From Chlorokybus atmophyticus (lineage: Eukaryota; Plantae; Mesostigma and Chlorokybus algae), in NCBI GenBank assembly GCA_009103225.1, contig RHPI01003491.1, positions 1-64,000 of the forward strand: a stretch of 64,000 bases of DNA, written 5' to 3'. The notes under the pieces were generated by a model. That model did no database searches, was not told where the DNA came from, and was given only the letters and a program-made list of their open reading frames with translations. The position numbers were made by a program, and so were the translations under genes. Every line of letters begins with the position of its first letter. The first letter of the stretch is position 1. Below are positions 1 to 11,653 of the stretch, one piece after another.

Positions 1-2603
1 CCCACTGGCGCGTTGATTGCTCGCCTTCACCCTTTGACAAGTGTCGCACAATGCCACATAGTCCTTAACGTCACGATGCATCTCCGACCAGAAAAATTTC
101 TGTTTCAACAAGGCTAGTGTCCGTTCCAGCCCTTGATGACCAGCCATTGGCACATCATGCGCTTCCTTCATCAATGCCACGCGCATGTGCGCAATGTTGG
201 GTATGTACATGCGATCGCCATGCCATAGCAGCCCGTCCTTCAATGCCCAAAGGCCGCTATGTTCAGTCCCATTCTCCAACGCCTCAATGGTCTTCTCCCC
301 CACCGCGTCCTCATGCAATAAGGCACGGATCTGGTCAAGCCACTTGGGCTGCACTTGCACCACCGTTTCAAGCGCGTTGAGTTGACGGCTTAATGCGTCC
401 GCAACCTTATTTGAAGAGCCCGGCTTTTGTACTTCACTTCAAAGTCGAAGAGTTGGAAGAACTCGAGCCAACGAGCTTGCCGCCGTGAGAGGTGAGGCTG
501 CGTTTGAAGGTACCTTAATGGCGAGTGGTCCGTCTCAAGTGTGAACCGCTTGCCTTCAAGGAAACAACGCCATTGCCGTAGCGCTAGCACCTGCGCCAGC
601 AATTCCTTCTCATGAACGGGGTAGTTGAGCTCAGCCCCGCTCATCTTCTTGCTGAAATAGGCCACCGGTTGCAAGCCGTTGCCGTGATCCTGCTGCAAAA
701 CAGCCCCAATAGCCTTGTCGGACGCATCACACGCCACCACAAAGGGCAATTGCATGTTGGGATGCAGCAGCACGGGAGCCGATGTCAGGGCCTCTTTCAA
801 GTCGGAAAATGCCTTTGTTGCAGCCTCCGACCAGCTCCAAGCCACCCCCTTCCTCAACAATGCCGTCAATGGTGCCGCCAAGTGCGAAAAGCCCTTTACA
901 AACTTACGATAGTAGCCGGCAAGCCCTAGGAACGACATGACACCCTTCACGTCCTTCGGGGCAGCCCAATCGCGCACCGCGGCAAGCTTGCTTGGATCTG
1001 CCTTGATTCCTTGCTTGGATACAATGTGGCCAAGGTATTCTACCTCTTCAAGCAAGAAGCGGCACTTGTTGAGCTGAGCAAACAACTTGTGTGTACGTAA
1101 ACGCTGCATCACCTCGTGTAGCAATGCCACGTGCTCTCTCTTGCTCTTTGTGTACACAAGGATGTCGTCGAGGTACACTAGCACGCCCTTGCCAATCAGA
1201 TCAGCAAAGACCTCATTCATCAAGGTTTGAAAGGTTGCCGGAGCATTTGTCATGCCAAAGGACATCACCAACCACTCATAGTGGCCATAGCGAGTGTTGA
1301 AAGCCGTCTTCTCAACGTCTTCGGGCGCAACACGGATCTGATGGTAGCCATCAGCTAGGTCCAAGCTTGAGAAGAACTCAGCACCCTCGAGCTGCTCCAA
1401 CAATTCATCAATGCGTGGCAAAGGGAACATATTCTTCTTGGTGATGTTGTTGAGTGGCCGATAGTCGATGCACATGCGCAAGGCTCCGCTCTTCTTACGT
1501 ACAAATAGGATAGGTGCACCGTAAGGAGACTTGCTGTGCCTGATGTACCCACGTTGTAGAAGGTCCTCGACTTGGCTCCTCGCCTCTTCGAGTTCAGCCG
1601 GAGACAACTTGTACACCGGTCGGTACGGCGGCTTGTGCACGCCCTCTATCAGTTCCACACGGTGATCAACACTTCGCGTGGGTGGCAGACCAGCTGGTAG
1701 CCCATCCACCATGACGTCTTTGAACTCTTCAAGCAACCTCTGCACCTCGGGGTCCTTCGAACTCTCCGAACCAGTGCCGACCAGCTCCAAGTCCGACTTG
1801 GGAGGTGTCTCACGCACCATGCACAGCCATGCATCCTTCACATTGTTCCCGGACCAGATCTGCTCCATCTTGGTCTTAGAAACTTGTGACACCAGCTCTG
1901 GAACCCCTCCCCTTGAGCTAGAAGCATGTTGTGGTGCAGCTTGCTGGCGCGCCGTCGTGTCGTGCGCGTCACGCGCATGCAGCACATTGCTAGCAGCCTC
2001 GACGCAGCTCACACGCTCTTGAACCACACACGCGCCTTGCATTGAAGCATTGAAGCACATCAAAACCTCACCACCAGCTTCCGGGGTAGTGAGCACCCGC
2101 TTCCTCCAATCAATGGCGGGGTTATGTGACCAAAGCCAAGGCAGCCCCAAAATGCCATCAAAGCCGTTGTTCAGCTCGATGCAGCAAAACCGTAGGCGAT
2201 CCTTCATCATCCCCACGTGCATTTCAAGCTCTTTGCTTTGCTTGGAAGCTCCTCCTGCTGGCGCATAGCCGTCCGCTAGAGCCACCGAGCCGGCATTTGC
2301 CCATGACAACCACTTGTGCCGACGCGCAACCTCACGACTCATGAAATTGCTGTTCGCGCCGCAATCCACCAGCATCTTGCACTCCATCCATGGCCCATTG
2401 CCCTCACGGATCAGAGCCATGACTCCCAACAGCTGCCTCGCCTTGTCGGGCACTCGAACCATACCGCTTTGCGTTGCCGTTGCGCACATGCCGCCAACCG
2501 TCAACAACGCTTCCACGCCAGCCGCTGGACATTCAACATCATAGTGAGGCTGCATCACCACCTCAGCAGGAGCCTCTCCAGCTACTGAGGTGAGCCGTTT
2601 CCC
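1..2603 (-). pseudogene. pol: pol polyprotein (protease, RT, RNase H, start of integrase) with one frameshift
   Basis: ORF 390-2561 has protease LVDCGA, RT YLDD and RNase H DASD...EKELLA. Two extra bases in the T-run at 425-428 shift the frame. The shifted frame continues KPGSSNKVADALSR...HDVPMAGHQG...CDTCQRVK (integrase HHCC) to base 1. Confidence 0.9.
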
Positions 2604-3628
2604 GGCTGCAACATCTCCTCCTCCACCATGTTCACGCGTCCACCGCTGCGAGCGTTGCGGGCATGTGCAGCAGACTTTGCCTTATAGATAGGGCAGTTGG
2701 AGCGCACGTGATCAGCAGAAGAGCACTCCCAGCACTTCCGAACAGCCTTGGCAGCCTCCCGACCCTTTGGGGCCTTCATAGCAACATGGAGCGCACCCAA
2801 TTCCATTGGAGTTGGTCCCAAGCCAGCCCCCTGAGCTGCTGCAGCTCCCGAACCAGCCCCAACAGATGCGTATGAGCGATACGAACCTCCACGGAAGTGA
2901 TTGTAATGTCCACGATCAGTGTTTTTGGCAGCCCCCTTGAAGTACAACACGTCCGTGCGCTCAGCAATGCGAATGGCCTCCGCGAGAGTCTTGGCGTCAC
3001 GAAGCTCAACTTCCTTGCGACAAAGAGTCTTCAACCCGCGCGTGTAGCGGTCCAGCTGCTCCTCCTCAGTCATGTTCGGTACAGAGAGCACAAGACGCTG
3101 AAACGCAGAGGTATAGGCCATCACGGACTGCGTTTGCACAAGCGTAGAGAGCTGGTCGCGTGCCGTCTTCACACTCTCCACCGGTACGAACTGTTTCTTC
3201 ACCTCAGCAGCCAGCTCAGCCACGGTAGTGAAAGGAACCTCAAGACCAGCTTCCACACGAGCACAACGATGACGCCACCACACAAGTGCAGCTCCCTCAA
3301 AGAAAGTAGCAGCCACATCGACACGGAGATGTATAGGTACCTCGGTGAGCTTTAACCATGTCGAAACGGCAAACACCCACTCCTCCACACAGTCACCGTC
3401 CTTCTGACCCTTGAATGGCTTTGGTTTTGGTAGCTTCACATGACGAGAGGCTGATGGGGCAACCACAGGAGCTGTAACGGGCGTGGACGCGCGCGCTTGC
3501 GCCATGGCTTGTTGAAATTGTGCCGCTTGAGCTTGGGCAGATGCTTGGACACGTTGCAGCTCCTCATGAGCAGCTACCAGCACTTGCTGAAGCTCCACAA
3601 CACGTGCATCATCCATGGTAGCGTCCAT
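2582..3628 (-). CDS. gag: Gag (retrotransposon gag domain plus CCHC knuckle CWECSSADHVRSNC)
   Basis: 348-aa ORF with KLPKPKPF, AALVWW and PTPMELG motifs and a zinc knuckle; lies just downstream of the PBS. Confidence 0.93.
   Translation of the reverse strand: MDATMDDARVVELQQVLVAAHEELQRVQASAQAQAAQFQQAMAQARASTPVTAPVVAPSASRHVKLPKPKPFKGQKDGDCVEEWVFAVSTWLKLTEVPIHLRVDVAATFFEGAALVWWRHRCARVEAGLEVPFTTVAELAAEVKKQFVPVESVKTARDQLSTLVQTQSVMAYTSAFQRLVLSVPNMTEEEQLDRYTRGLKTLCRKEVELRDAKTLAEAIRIAERTDVLYFKGAAKNTDRGHYNHFRGGSYRSYASVGAGSGAAAAQGAGLGPTPMELGALHVAMKAPKGREAAKAVRKCWECSSADHVRSNCPIYKAKSAAHARNARSGGRVNMVEEEMLQPGNGSPQ
2597..2603 (-). promoter_or_regulatory. Candidate -1 ribosomal frameshift slippery heptamer G GGA AAC
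   Basis: X XXY YYZ motif four sense codons before the gag stop; pol is open in the -1 frame from this point. Confidence 0.75.
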
Positions 3629-3702
3629 AAACAGAAAAATACCTCACACACCAAAGAGATAGTTAATATCCCCTTAAAACAAGAAACCCAACCCCTCCAA
3701 GG

Positions 3703-3714
3703 GCTCCGATACCA
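3703..3714 (-). promoter_or_regulatory. Primer-binding site TGGTATCGGAGC (tRNA-iMet type)
   Basis: One nt after the LTR terminal CA; same 12-mer at 48937-48948 and 51096-51107. Confidence 0.9.
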
Positions 3715-3715
3715 C

Positions 3716-4357
3716 TGTAACGATGCTCGTGCTCACATACACAGCACACAAGTCATACAACACATGTGTGCAGCTGAGCACAATCTTCACACCGGAACCT
3801 TGCCTTCACTCGCGCACGCACGCACGCGTCGAGCGCGCCCACGCACACGAACACTACTACTTCTCACGCCAAGCAAGAACGCAGCAGTGTGCCTTGGACC
3901 ACAACTCCCTCAAGCATGCACCAGCATACTCACAGCAGAGAGCTGGAAAACAAAGTTGGTTGCATTACGCAGGGTTTTTCTATTTATACAAGCACTAGGA
4001 AGAAATAGCCTAATTAACAGGCATTTCAGTATTCACTACCAAATCTAAAGGCAGGTCCAAGTGCAGGCTCCCCGCCACGCGCGTTGGGCCTTCGGCGGCT
4101 GTGTGACTGTGCAGTCCGCGTCACCTGACACTGCACAGCGCGTGTCCAGTCAGCGGCTGTGTCACAACCGCGTGGCAGGTGGGTCACGTCGCCGAATTAG
4201 CTGCTGTCGAGCAGGTCGCAGGCGAGTCGCGCGCGGCAGCAGGGGCAGGCGCCACATGGGCTTAATAAAGCTCATAAAAGCCCTCATCAAGCCAGCAAAA
4301 AAGGCAAAATAAGTACTTTATGTACAATAAAATACAAAAATGGCCCAGGCTGTTACA
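3716..4357 (-). repeat. 5' LTR of family-1 element (642 bp, TGTAAC...GTTACA)
   Basis: 6-bp inverted termini adjacent to the PBS. The partner LTR is outside the window, so the TSD cannot be checked. Confidence 0.85.
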
Positions 4358-4387
4358 ACGCAGCATAACGCTCCACTGCCTGCTCGA

Positions 4388-5736
4388 TCACTTGACGCCC
4401 ATCTGCCGCCATACACCACCTGCTGGTCTTGGTGTCTCGTCCAGCATGCGTTCATCTAGACCCTCGACATGGCTGTCGTCACTCGTGTACTCCCTCGCAT
4501 CGTCATTTTCTTCGAGCTTCCACGAAATCAGCTCGACGTGCCGTTTGACATACAGCCACTGCCAGCCAAAGCATGCCAAGTACAGCTCGAATGGTTTTAC
4601 TTGCCACCCAGTATGTTTGCTCAGGTAGTGGCACACATCTCGACCCGCATTAGTCGACATCAACAGGTACATCTGCTGTAGCAGTGTGAAGTTCTGCTCC
4701 GGAGATAGCTCTTGCACATTGCCGGGTTGCTGCGGCAGCAACGACACCATCATATCGAGGACGGCGAGGGGCAACAACGTACTACGGATGGCCATATCGT
4801 GTATAGGTTCCAACCACGGCCAATCCCAAGAGGTCTGTTTAAGCCGCACTCTCCGCGTTTGCTCCCACTTATTGCATACTTTCGTCACCCACCTCGAGGC
4901 ATGCAGCATGCGGTGATGCAGCGCGTCTTAGGCGTACTGTAGGGTGATCAACTCCTTTGTACTACGAGTCAGCCCCTCAAAGCGTCTGCGCGTCGGTGCT
5001 TTGAGCTTAGGCAGCTCGTGCCGCACCGGCTGTCTTTTTTTACGATGCTGAGCAGCCACTTGACGCTGTAAACCCGCCTGTGCCTACTCAGGACACACAG
5101 TCAGCCCTAGTGAGGCTTCAAGGCGCTGCGCTTCTTCTAATGTTGCAACGATGCCTCATCTTTCCTTTTTTGGTTCTGTCAGCGGCCTTTATTCCAATAA
5201 CCTTCTTCTTTTATTTTTTATCACCCTGCACATCCTGGCAGGCGCTCTCTGTGGCACTGTCACTCAGAGGAGGTAAGGCGTTATCTTCTTGCTCCACAGC
5301 CTTGCGCTCGTTGGTTGCCTCCCGTTCCTCCCGTTGCATTATGAGGTCGAGCATAAAGCCTTTGTCTTTTAGCGCAGCTTTCAGGACACCTCGATCAATC
5401 TCTTTACCAACAAGACAGGCTGGGATCAATGTGGCAAGCTTAGAGGGAGAGGGCGAGCTACAGCTGCTTTTTAATGGAGATGCCTCTGAATAATCAGAGT
5501 GCGGTGGCAAGTAAGTCTCCGCGGCAGGAAGGGAGGGTGCTGAATTGGGATTGCGAGCATGTGGCTGTGGTTGAGGGGAGGCAGGATGTGCAGAACACTC
5601 GGCTACTTCTTGCCTAGCACACGAAGGCGAGGCCTGAGGCGTTGGTGCAGCACTCTGGGTCACAGCCGGTGGTAGCGGGGAATTGACAACGCCATTCCGC
5701 CACTCTCCGACCAGGTGTGTTACCTCCGGTGGCACT
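4388..5736 (-). pseudogene. 3' part of the interrupted OTU-like gene (Pro/Ser-rich, Lys/Arg-rich and unknown C-terminal segments)
   Basis: ORF 5211-5735 joins in frame (...WPMHEV|PPEVTHL...) to 17724-17819 once the inserted element and one TSD copy are removed. ORF 4388-4909 is on the same strand; stops and frameshifts lie between. Confidence 0.55.
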
Positions 5737-5978
5737 TGTTGGGTCGAGGGGAGTCGAGGGTCACGCTGTCTCGGACAGCTGCATGGACAGCCATACTGTG
5801 CTGGAAATGCTGCTGCGCCACCTGGGTGACGCGTAGCAAGAACAAAAAGATGACCTCCACCCTCATGGTGACAAGTGCTTCGTGCAGCTGGGGTGCTACT
5901 GCTGGGTAGTACGGGCAGATGGAGTCGGTGTTTTCCCTAAGAACATGCTGTGCCGTAGCATACAGAGTCAACAAGCCA
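5737..5978 (-). repeat. Split repeat B2 (242 bp), copy of 6572-6814
   Basis: Direct repeat; by eye about 6 substitutions and 1 indel versus B1. Forms the element's 3' terminus. Confidence 0.95.
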
Positions 5979-6569
5979 CTACTATAGGTAGTGCTGTTTA
6001 CACAGTTCTTTGCGTGAGTGGGAGAGGAATTACACTGTTAAGTGAGGTGAATGAGCAAACAACACGTGGATGCTATGCCCTGACTGATGCCAACAAGCAC
6101 ACCGCGACCAAGTACACAAAGCTCACAGCAAGAACAAGCACAGTGCACAAGAACATGCACAGGCTCTCACACGGTGAGGGGATCCTTGGGAACCAGGACG
6201 GTGTGTTCGTAGTTCAAGTCGCTTCACAAGCTCTTAGCTTTCTCACTTACAGTGTCACCAGCTGATCCGGTGAACACTGTGCCTACTTATACAAGTCAAC
6301 TCATGACTGTCCAGAACATAAGCTAATGGTCATATCGAGGCTATTTCCACAGGAAATGTTCACTCGATATAGAACCGGACTTATAACTGAACTCACAACT
6401 GAACAGCTACGCGCGGTGCCTATGCAGGCTATGGTCACGAGCTACTCTAGGGACATGACCTAGCTACTGGTCAGAGGCGCGCGCGGGTTGCCATGCTGGT
6501 AAGCCGGGCGAGGGTCTTGCTGTAGGCATGCCCGATGACGACTGGCATGCTTGGGCGATAGGCATGACA
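5966..6569 (-). repeat. Split repeat A2 (604 bp), copy of 17120-17723
   Basis: Direct repeat of the same length; by eye about 5 substitutions versus A1. Confidence 0.95.
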
Positions 6570-6571
6570 GC

Positions 6572-6814
6572 TGTCGGGTCGAGGGGAGTCGAGGGTCACG
6601 CTGTCTCGGACAGCTGCATGGACAGCCATACTGTGCTGGACATGCTGCTCCGCCACCTGGGTGACGCGTAGCAAGAACAAAAAGATGACCTCCACCCTCA
6701 TGGTGACAAGTGCTTCGTGCAGCTGGGGCGCTGCTGCTGGGTAGTACGGGCAGATGGAGTCGGTGTTTTCCCTTAAGGACATGCTGTGCCGTAGCATACA
6801 GAGTCAACAAGCCA
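6572..6814 (-). repeat. Split repeat B1 (243 bp), directly after the G7 tract
   Basis: Matches 5737-5978; separated from A2 by the dinucleotide GC (6570-6571). Confidence 0.95.
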
Positions 6815-6821
6815 CCCCCCC
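6815..6821 (-). promoter_or_regulatory. Polypurine-tract-like G7 run preceding B1
   Basis: Sense ...CCCAGGGGGGG|TGGCTTGTTGAC, about 40 nt after the end of the INT/PHD coding region. Confidence 0.55.
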
Positions 6822-6859
6822 TGGGCTCTGGGGAAGGTTCCAGCTCCAGAGCTCAGCTG

Positions 6860-8928
6860 CTAGCGCAAGTGAGGAGGGCCGTTGGTACGGCAGTTGTCGC
6901 ACCAATATTCTTCCATAGGTATCGTGTCCAAAGGTGGCTCCAGGCAGTAGCAATGGAGGCCTTTGTTGAACCATCGCAGAGCATCATAAGTGCGTCGTCG
7001 CCGGCGCTGCCGCAGTGTTCACAGCGTGTGCTGCGCGCAGGACGAGGGTGCTGGATACGCCCGAAGCCGGCTACGTGAGGGAGGTGACATGGCGCACAGT
7101 TCACCATGTTGTCCTTCAACCTTTCTCCGTTTTGACCAAGGAGGTCTAGCACCCCTGTGGGGTACACTTTGAGTACCTTGTAGACGGTGCGGCTTACGGA
7201 GGTGTCAAGCGTGTCTTTGGTGGCTGCCATGCAATAGGCAAAGTCCCCCGCTTGGAATCGCCGTTGGCGCTCCTTGTAAAAGCCGCTGCGTACGCGCTCG
7301 TAGCGCAGCGTGTCACGATGCTGCGCGATGCGCAGATTGTTGAAGGCCATGGGGACGGTGCGCTCGAAAAGTGCGGCGCGCGTGGTGATGTCGTGGTGCA
7401 TCCAGTCAGGGTCGTCGAGGTTGTTCACGACGCGATCCACCTCCTGTTGCGCACGGAAGGGGAGCAATGGTGGTCGCCCAAACAGCAGGTAGTACGGGAT
7501 GTACTTCCGCAGAGCCGCCTGTTTTGACAACCGATATCCAAGGGCCACCCATGGGAGGTGGTCATCCCAAGTGTCCTTCTTGTACTCCAGCACGTATTTG
7601 CGGAGTGCCTTCTTGATGGTCTGTACCGACCGCTCGGCGAGGCCGTCGGCTTGAGGGTGATCACGCGAGGTGCGGCGGTGGTCGATGTAACATTTGTCCA
7701 AGAGGGTGTCGAATTCCCCTCTGAACTCGGTACCTTGGTCGGTGATGACCTCGGCGCAGCTGCCAAAGCGGCTGAGAACGTGAGAGAGGAAGGCTTGAGA
7801 CACCCCCCTGCTGCTCTTGTCGGGTAATGGCACCAGCTCCACCAATTTGGAGAAGTGCTCAATCATGACCAGGATGTAACGGTTGCCACGTGCTGAGGGT
7901 GCCAAGTCCCCCAAGATGTCGAGTCCCCATCGGTAAAAGAGACCGGAGATGGGGAGTGGGTGCAAGGTGGCGCTACGCGTGTTGAGGCTGGCGCGCACCA
8001 TGTCACACTGCTGGCAGTGGCTGACGAACCTTTGCACCTGTTTTGTTAATCCATACCACCAATATTGTGCTCTCACTAGGCTGACTGTGCGCTTGACACC
8101 AAAGTGTCCAAGCTCAGTGTGGAGGGAAGTGATGATGTCCTCGCGTGTGACTGGGGTCGGCACTTCCTTGTCTTCGTCGTGGAAGCGGCGATACAGCTTG
8201 TCACCTGCCCATCGATAGTGACGGGTGCGTTGGTTGACCCGGTCCTTCTCTCGAGCGCTCATGCCAGAGGGGAGATGGCCACGTTGAAGAAAGGAGAGTG
8301 ATGGCTTGTCGTGCCATATGTCCTGCCTGGTGTCAGTGGACGCCAGCTCTGTGTCATCGACGTCAATGTCGGCCGCGTGGGCGTCTCCCAAGGGTGTGAT
8401 TGCCGCAGGGTCGGTAGCCTCAAGGGCAGGAATCTCCTCTACCACTGCTGAGGTTGTGGTGTTGGTCTTGCGCCCTGAGCGCAACGCGGCAGCAGCAAAC
8501 ATGGCTGCCATGGTGGGAGCTATTGCTGCAGGGATGAGCTCATGCCGCGCTCCGGTTGCGTCGTTGGTGCTGAGGTGGGGGTTGCGACTGAGGCCATCGG
8601 CGTCTTGGTTGGTGAGGCCAGCGCGGTGGTCAATCTCGAAGTCGTATTCCTGTAACAACAGGGCCCATCGAGCACGTTTCCCTGTCAGATGTTGGTTGGT
8701 CATCAGCCACTTGAGGGGCTGATGACCAACCAACATTTGATGATCGGTGATCAGTTGGAACTGTCGACCAAAGAGGAAAGGTCGGAAGAAGGAGATGGCC
8801 CACACTGCAGCGAGGCACTCCCCTTCGTAGCTGCTGTAGTTGGCCTCGGCGCTGTTGTTGCTTCGGCGGGCGTATGACACCACCCGCTCCTTCTTATTCT
8901 CATCGTGCTGCACCAGCACCGCTCCCAT
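6860..8928 (-). pseudogene. RNase H - DDE integrase - C-terminal PHD finger
   Basis: RH: GMGAVL, SYEGECLAAVW, ITDH. INT: HTELGH...CQQC, WGLD, ITDQGTEF, GLAERSVQT. PHD: CEHC...LCDG(C)NKGLHCYCLEPPLDTIPMEEYWCDNC after repairing a 1-nt deletion at 6968-6969. Confidence 0.9.
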
Positions 8929-10006
8929 CCCCAGCTTGCTCCAGTCGGTGTGGGATGAACGGCTTGGCGTAGTCCGGACGTTGCAGGATGGGAGCGCTGG
9001 TGAGTGTGCTCTTCAGCTCCTCGAAGGCCTGCTGTTGCGGCTCCTTCAACGCGAACTCCACCTCCTTTTTCAGTAGCTCGTTGAGGGGCCTTGCGATCTT
9101 CGCGAAGTCCTTCACGAATCGGCGATAATAGTTGGCAAGTCCCAAGAAAGCGCGCAGGCGCGTGAGGTCTGTCGGGGCAGGGATAGCTGCCAGAGCCTCT
9201 ACTTTTGCCTGCTGCACATACACACCATGGGGCACAATCATGTGCCCTAAGTACGGCACCTTGTGGGTGAAGAAGGTACACTTGTCGGGGTGTACGGTCA
9301 TCCCCACTCCCTTGAGTCGTTCCAGCACCGCTTCGATGTGCTGAAGATGCTCCTCGTTGCTGCGGTTGAAGATGAGGATGTCATCGATGTAGCACCGCGC
9401 GCAGTCCAATCCCTTCAAGGCTTTGTCCATGACGCGTTGAAACTTGGCGGGGGCATTCTTCAGCCCGAACGGCATTACCTTCCATTGGTACAACTGTCGG
9501 TTGCCTCAGAAGGAGGTCTTGTGCTTGCCCTCGTCCTTGATGGCGATCTGGTTGTACCCCTGACGCATGTCCAGGATGCTGAAGACTGTGCAGTCTCCCA
9601 CATCATCAAAAATACCCTCTGCTGTGGGCATGGGGTACCGGTCTTGCTTGGTCTTGTTGTTGAGGGGACGATAGTCGCCACACATGCGTCGCTCTGTCCA
9701 GTTGCCTGCTGAATCCTTCTTCAGGGGCATGACGGTTGCTGCTGCGAAGTCCGATGTGGACTCTTCGATAAGGCCTGCATCCAGCAGCGCCTTACATCTC
9801 TGTTCCACCAAGTCTTCTTCCAACTTGGAGAGCCTGTATTGTCGTCGGAACACCGGCTCAGTGTCCACCAGCTCGATGTCCATCTGGTACACTGAGCATG
9901 TACCCAATTCCTTCACATTGAAGCTGAATTGGCTCCTCCATTTATTGAGGAGAGCCTCCGGCTTCTCTCGAGTGTCTTCCGTGGCCAACGGGCCAATGGC
10001 ATGGTC
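8929..10006 (-). pseudogene. Ty3/gypsy-type reverse transcriptase
   Basis: RMCGDYRPLN, SILDMRQGYNQI, MPFGLKNAPAKFQ, YIDD. In-frame TGA at 9506-9508 (where W of 'F-W-G' is expected) and a 1-nt deletion near 8953. Confidence 0.93.
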
Positions 10007-11653
10007 CTAGGAGGTTGCATTGGCAACCACAGGAATGTCCTCCACTGTCACTACCGCTTGCTCCTCCATGTGGACCACCTCGAGAGCTGTGTGAGCTGCC
10101 TTGGTGTCGACGCGATCAGCCCACCCCCCAGCCAAGTGTTCGAGATCCTCGAAGGACACGTGGCGGTCCTGCAACGCGAAGCTCAGCTCCAGCAGCCATA
10201 CCATGCTGTTCTGGTCCATGGCGCGACAAAGCAGCTGGCATTGCTGATTGTCCGTCAGCGATGAACCTGTGATGCTGTTGGGGAAGAAGCCCATGGCGCG
10301 TTCACGTTCGCGTGCGTTGGGTTCTTCTAACGCGTTGGTGGTTGCATCAAATACCATCCCGTCACCACCGTTCCGACATGCGTAGGAGCCCGGGTAGGAC
10401 ACCAATGTGGGGAGTGCGCGACGGGGCTGGCCAGGCTGATTGCACTGGTAGAAGTGGTTGTGGTCATAATGCAGGACAGGTTGTGCTGTGCGGCCGGGGT
10501 CAAGGATGTCGTCGACCAGCAGGTTGCGCGGCCGAGCGCTGCGCGTGTATTCGGCGGTCATGAGCTCCTCCACGGTGGCCAAGTTTGTCCATTTGGCACA
10601 TACACGATGTGCGCGCGAGCCATGTCGTGCCGCGTTCACCTTGAGTGGGTGCCCCAGAATGGAGCAAACTTGTCGGTAGCTGGAGGCCACGTGCGGACGC
10701 TTGTCGTCCTCTGAATGCACATTTTCGATGACGTACCCCAGGGGTCTGGAGATCTGGTGGTGTTGAAGGAGGTGGACGATCCTCATCAGCTCCCAGAACA
10801 ACCTGGAGCGAGGATTTTCGAGGCCTTGTCCCTTGCCTGCCCTGGAATGCCCTTGGCATTCCCATCCAGCTATTAACAGGTCGACGTTGCCGAGGGACAG
10901 TAGGTGATCTTCAGTGATCAGCCGGACGTCCTGTGGCAATGCTTTGAGGCTGCCTTGCAACGCCGAGAGGGGTAGTTGACGTGGATACCTGGTGTGCAGT
11001 TGGCGTAAGTGGTGCTTGAGGACCGTTTGCGCGTGTGGGTCTGGGTCGCAGTAATAGTATTTGGTAACCTTCACGCCCGTGTTGAGGACCGCAGCAAGAC
11101 CACTGCCAATGCCTCCAAACAGCTCCAACACCGTGATGCCCTGTTGCCTGCGAAAGGTGTGGAATTCCACCACTCCGGTGGCCACCATATGGTGGTCCTG
11201 CACCTTGACGTGGCTTCGGTAGTTGGGGAAGCGCGTGGTGAGCAGTGGGTGGCTGAGCAAGATGTGTGCGTCCACCTGTGCGCGCCAGCGCCGTTCAGCT
11301 GGGTCTTGAAATGCTACTTCCACGGTGGCATCCTCTTGCTCCTCGATGTACGGGATGGGAGAGGGGTCGCCGATTTGACACGGGGTTGTGGCACCAGCAG
11401 TGACTTGCGTCCGAGCACCGTCGTATATGGCCATTACAGCCTTATGGGTGCGGGCGTGTCTGCGTGTGGCCATGGCAGCCATTTTGCATTGGGCGCGCGT
11501 GCGCGAGACCAACTCGAGAGGCAGGAAACCCTGTACCTCTCCGTCATCCTCATCCCAATGTGGCCGAAACCACGCTCGTTCTGTCCAGCAGTCGACCCAT
11601 GCCCACAGGGAAGTTGAAATCCTGCCCAAGCAGAAAGTCGAAGGAGCCGGCAT
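10007..11653 (-). pseudogene. C5 cytosine DNA methyltransferase domain (DNMT3-like motifs) within pol
   Basis: Motif I VLELFGGIG (~11100-11135); IV LIAGWECQGHS (catalytic Cys 10856-10858); V RSRLFWEL; VI YVIENV (10718-10726); VIII HRVCAKWTNL; IX ERERAMGFFP; X LLCRAMD. In frame with RT across one TAG (10007-10009). Confidence 0.9.

Larger units (their letters stand above)
1..4357 (-). mobile_element. Ty3/gypsy LTR retrotransposon (chromovirus-like family 1), 3' part beyond the window edge
   Basis: 5' LTR 3716-4357, tRNA-iMet PBS, gag, then pol (PR-RT-RH-INT) running off position 1. Proteins are clearly homologous to the chromodomain element at 43574-49622. Confidence 0.95.

Noticed and set aside
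5737-6814. B repeats as LTRs of an independent small element (B-A-B) or a solo LTR
   Set aside because: The TSD pairs 5733-5736 with 17724-17727, A is repeated at the far end, and the host ORF is restored only when the whole 5737-17723 block is removed.
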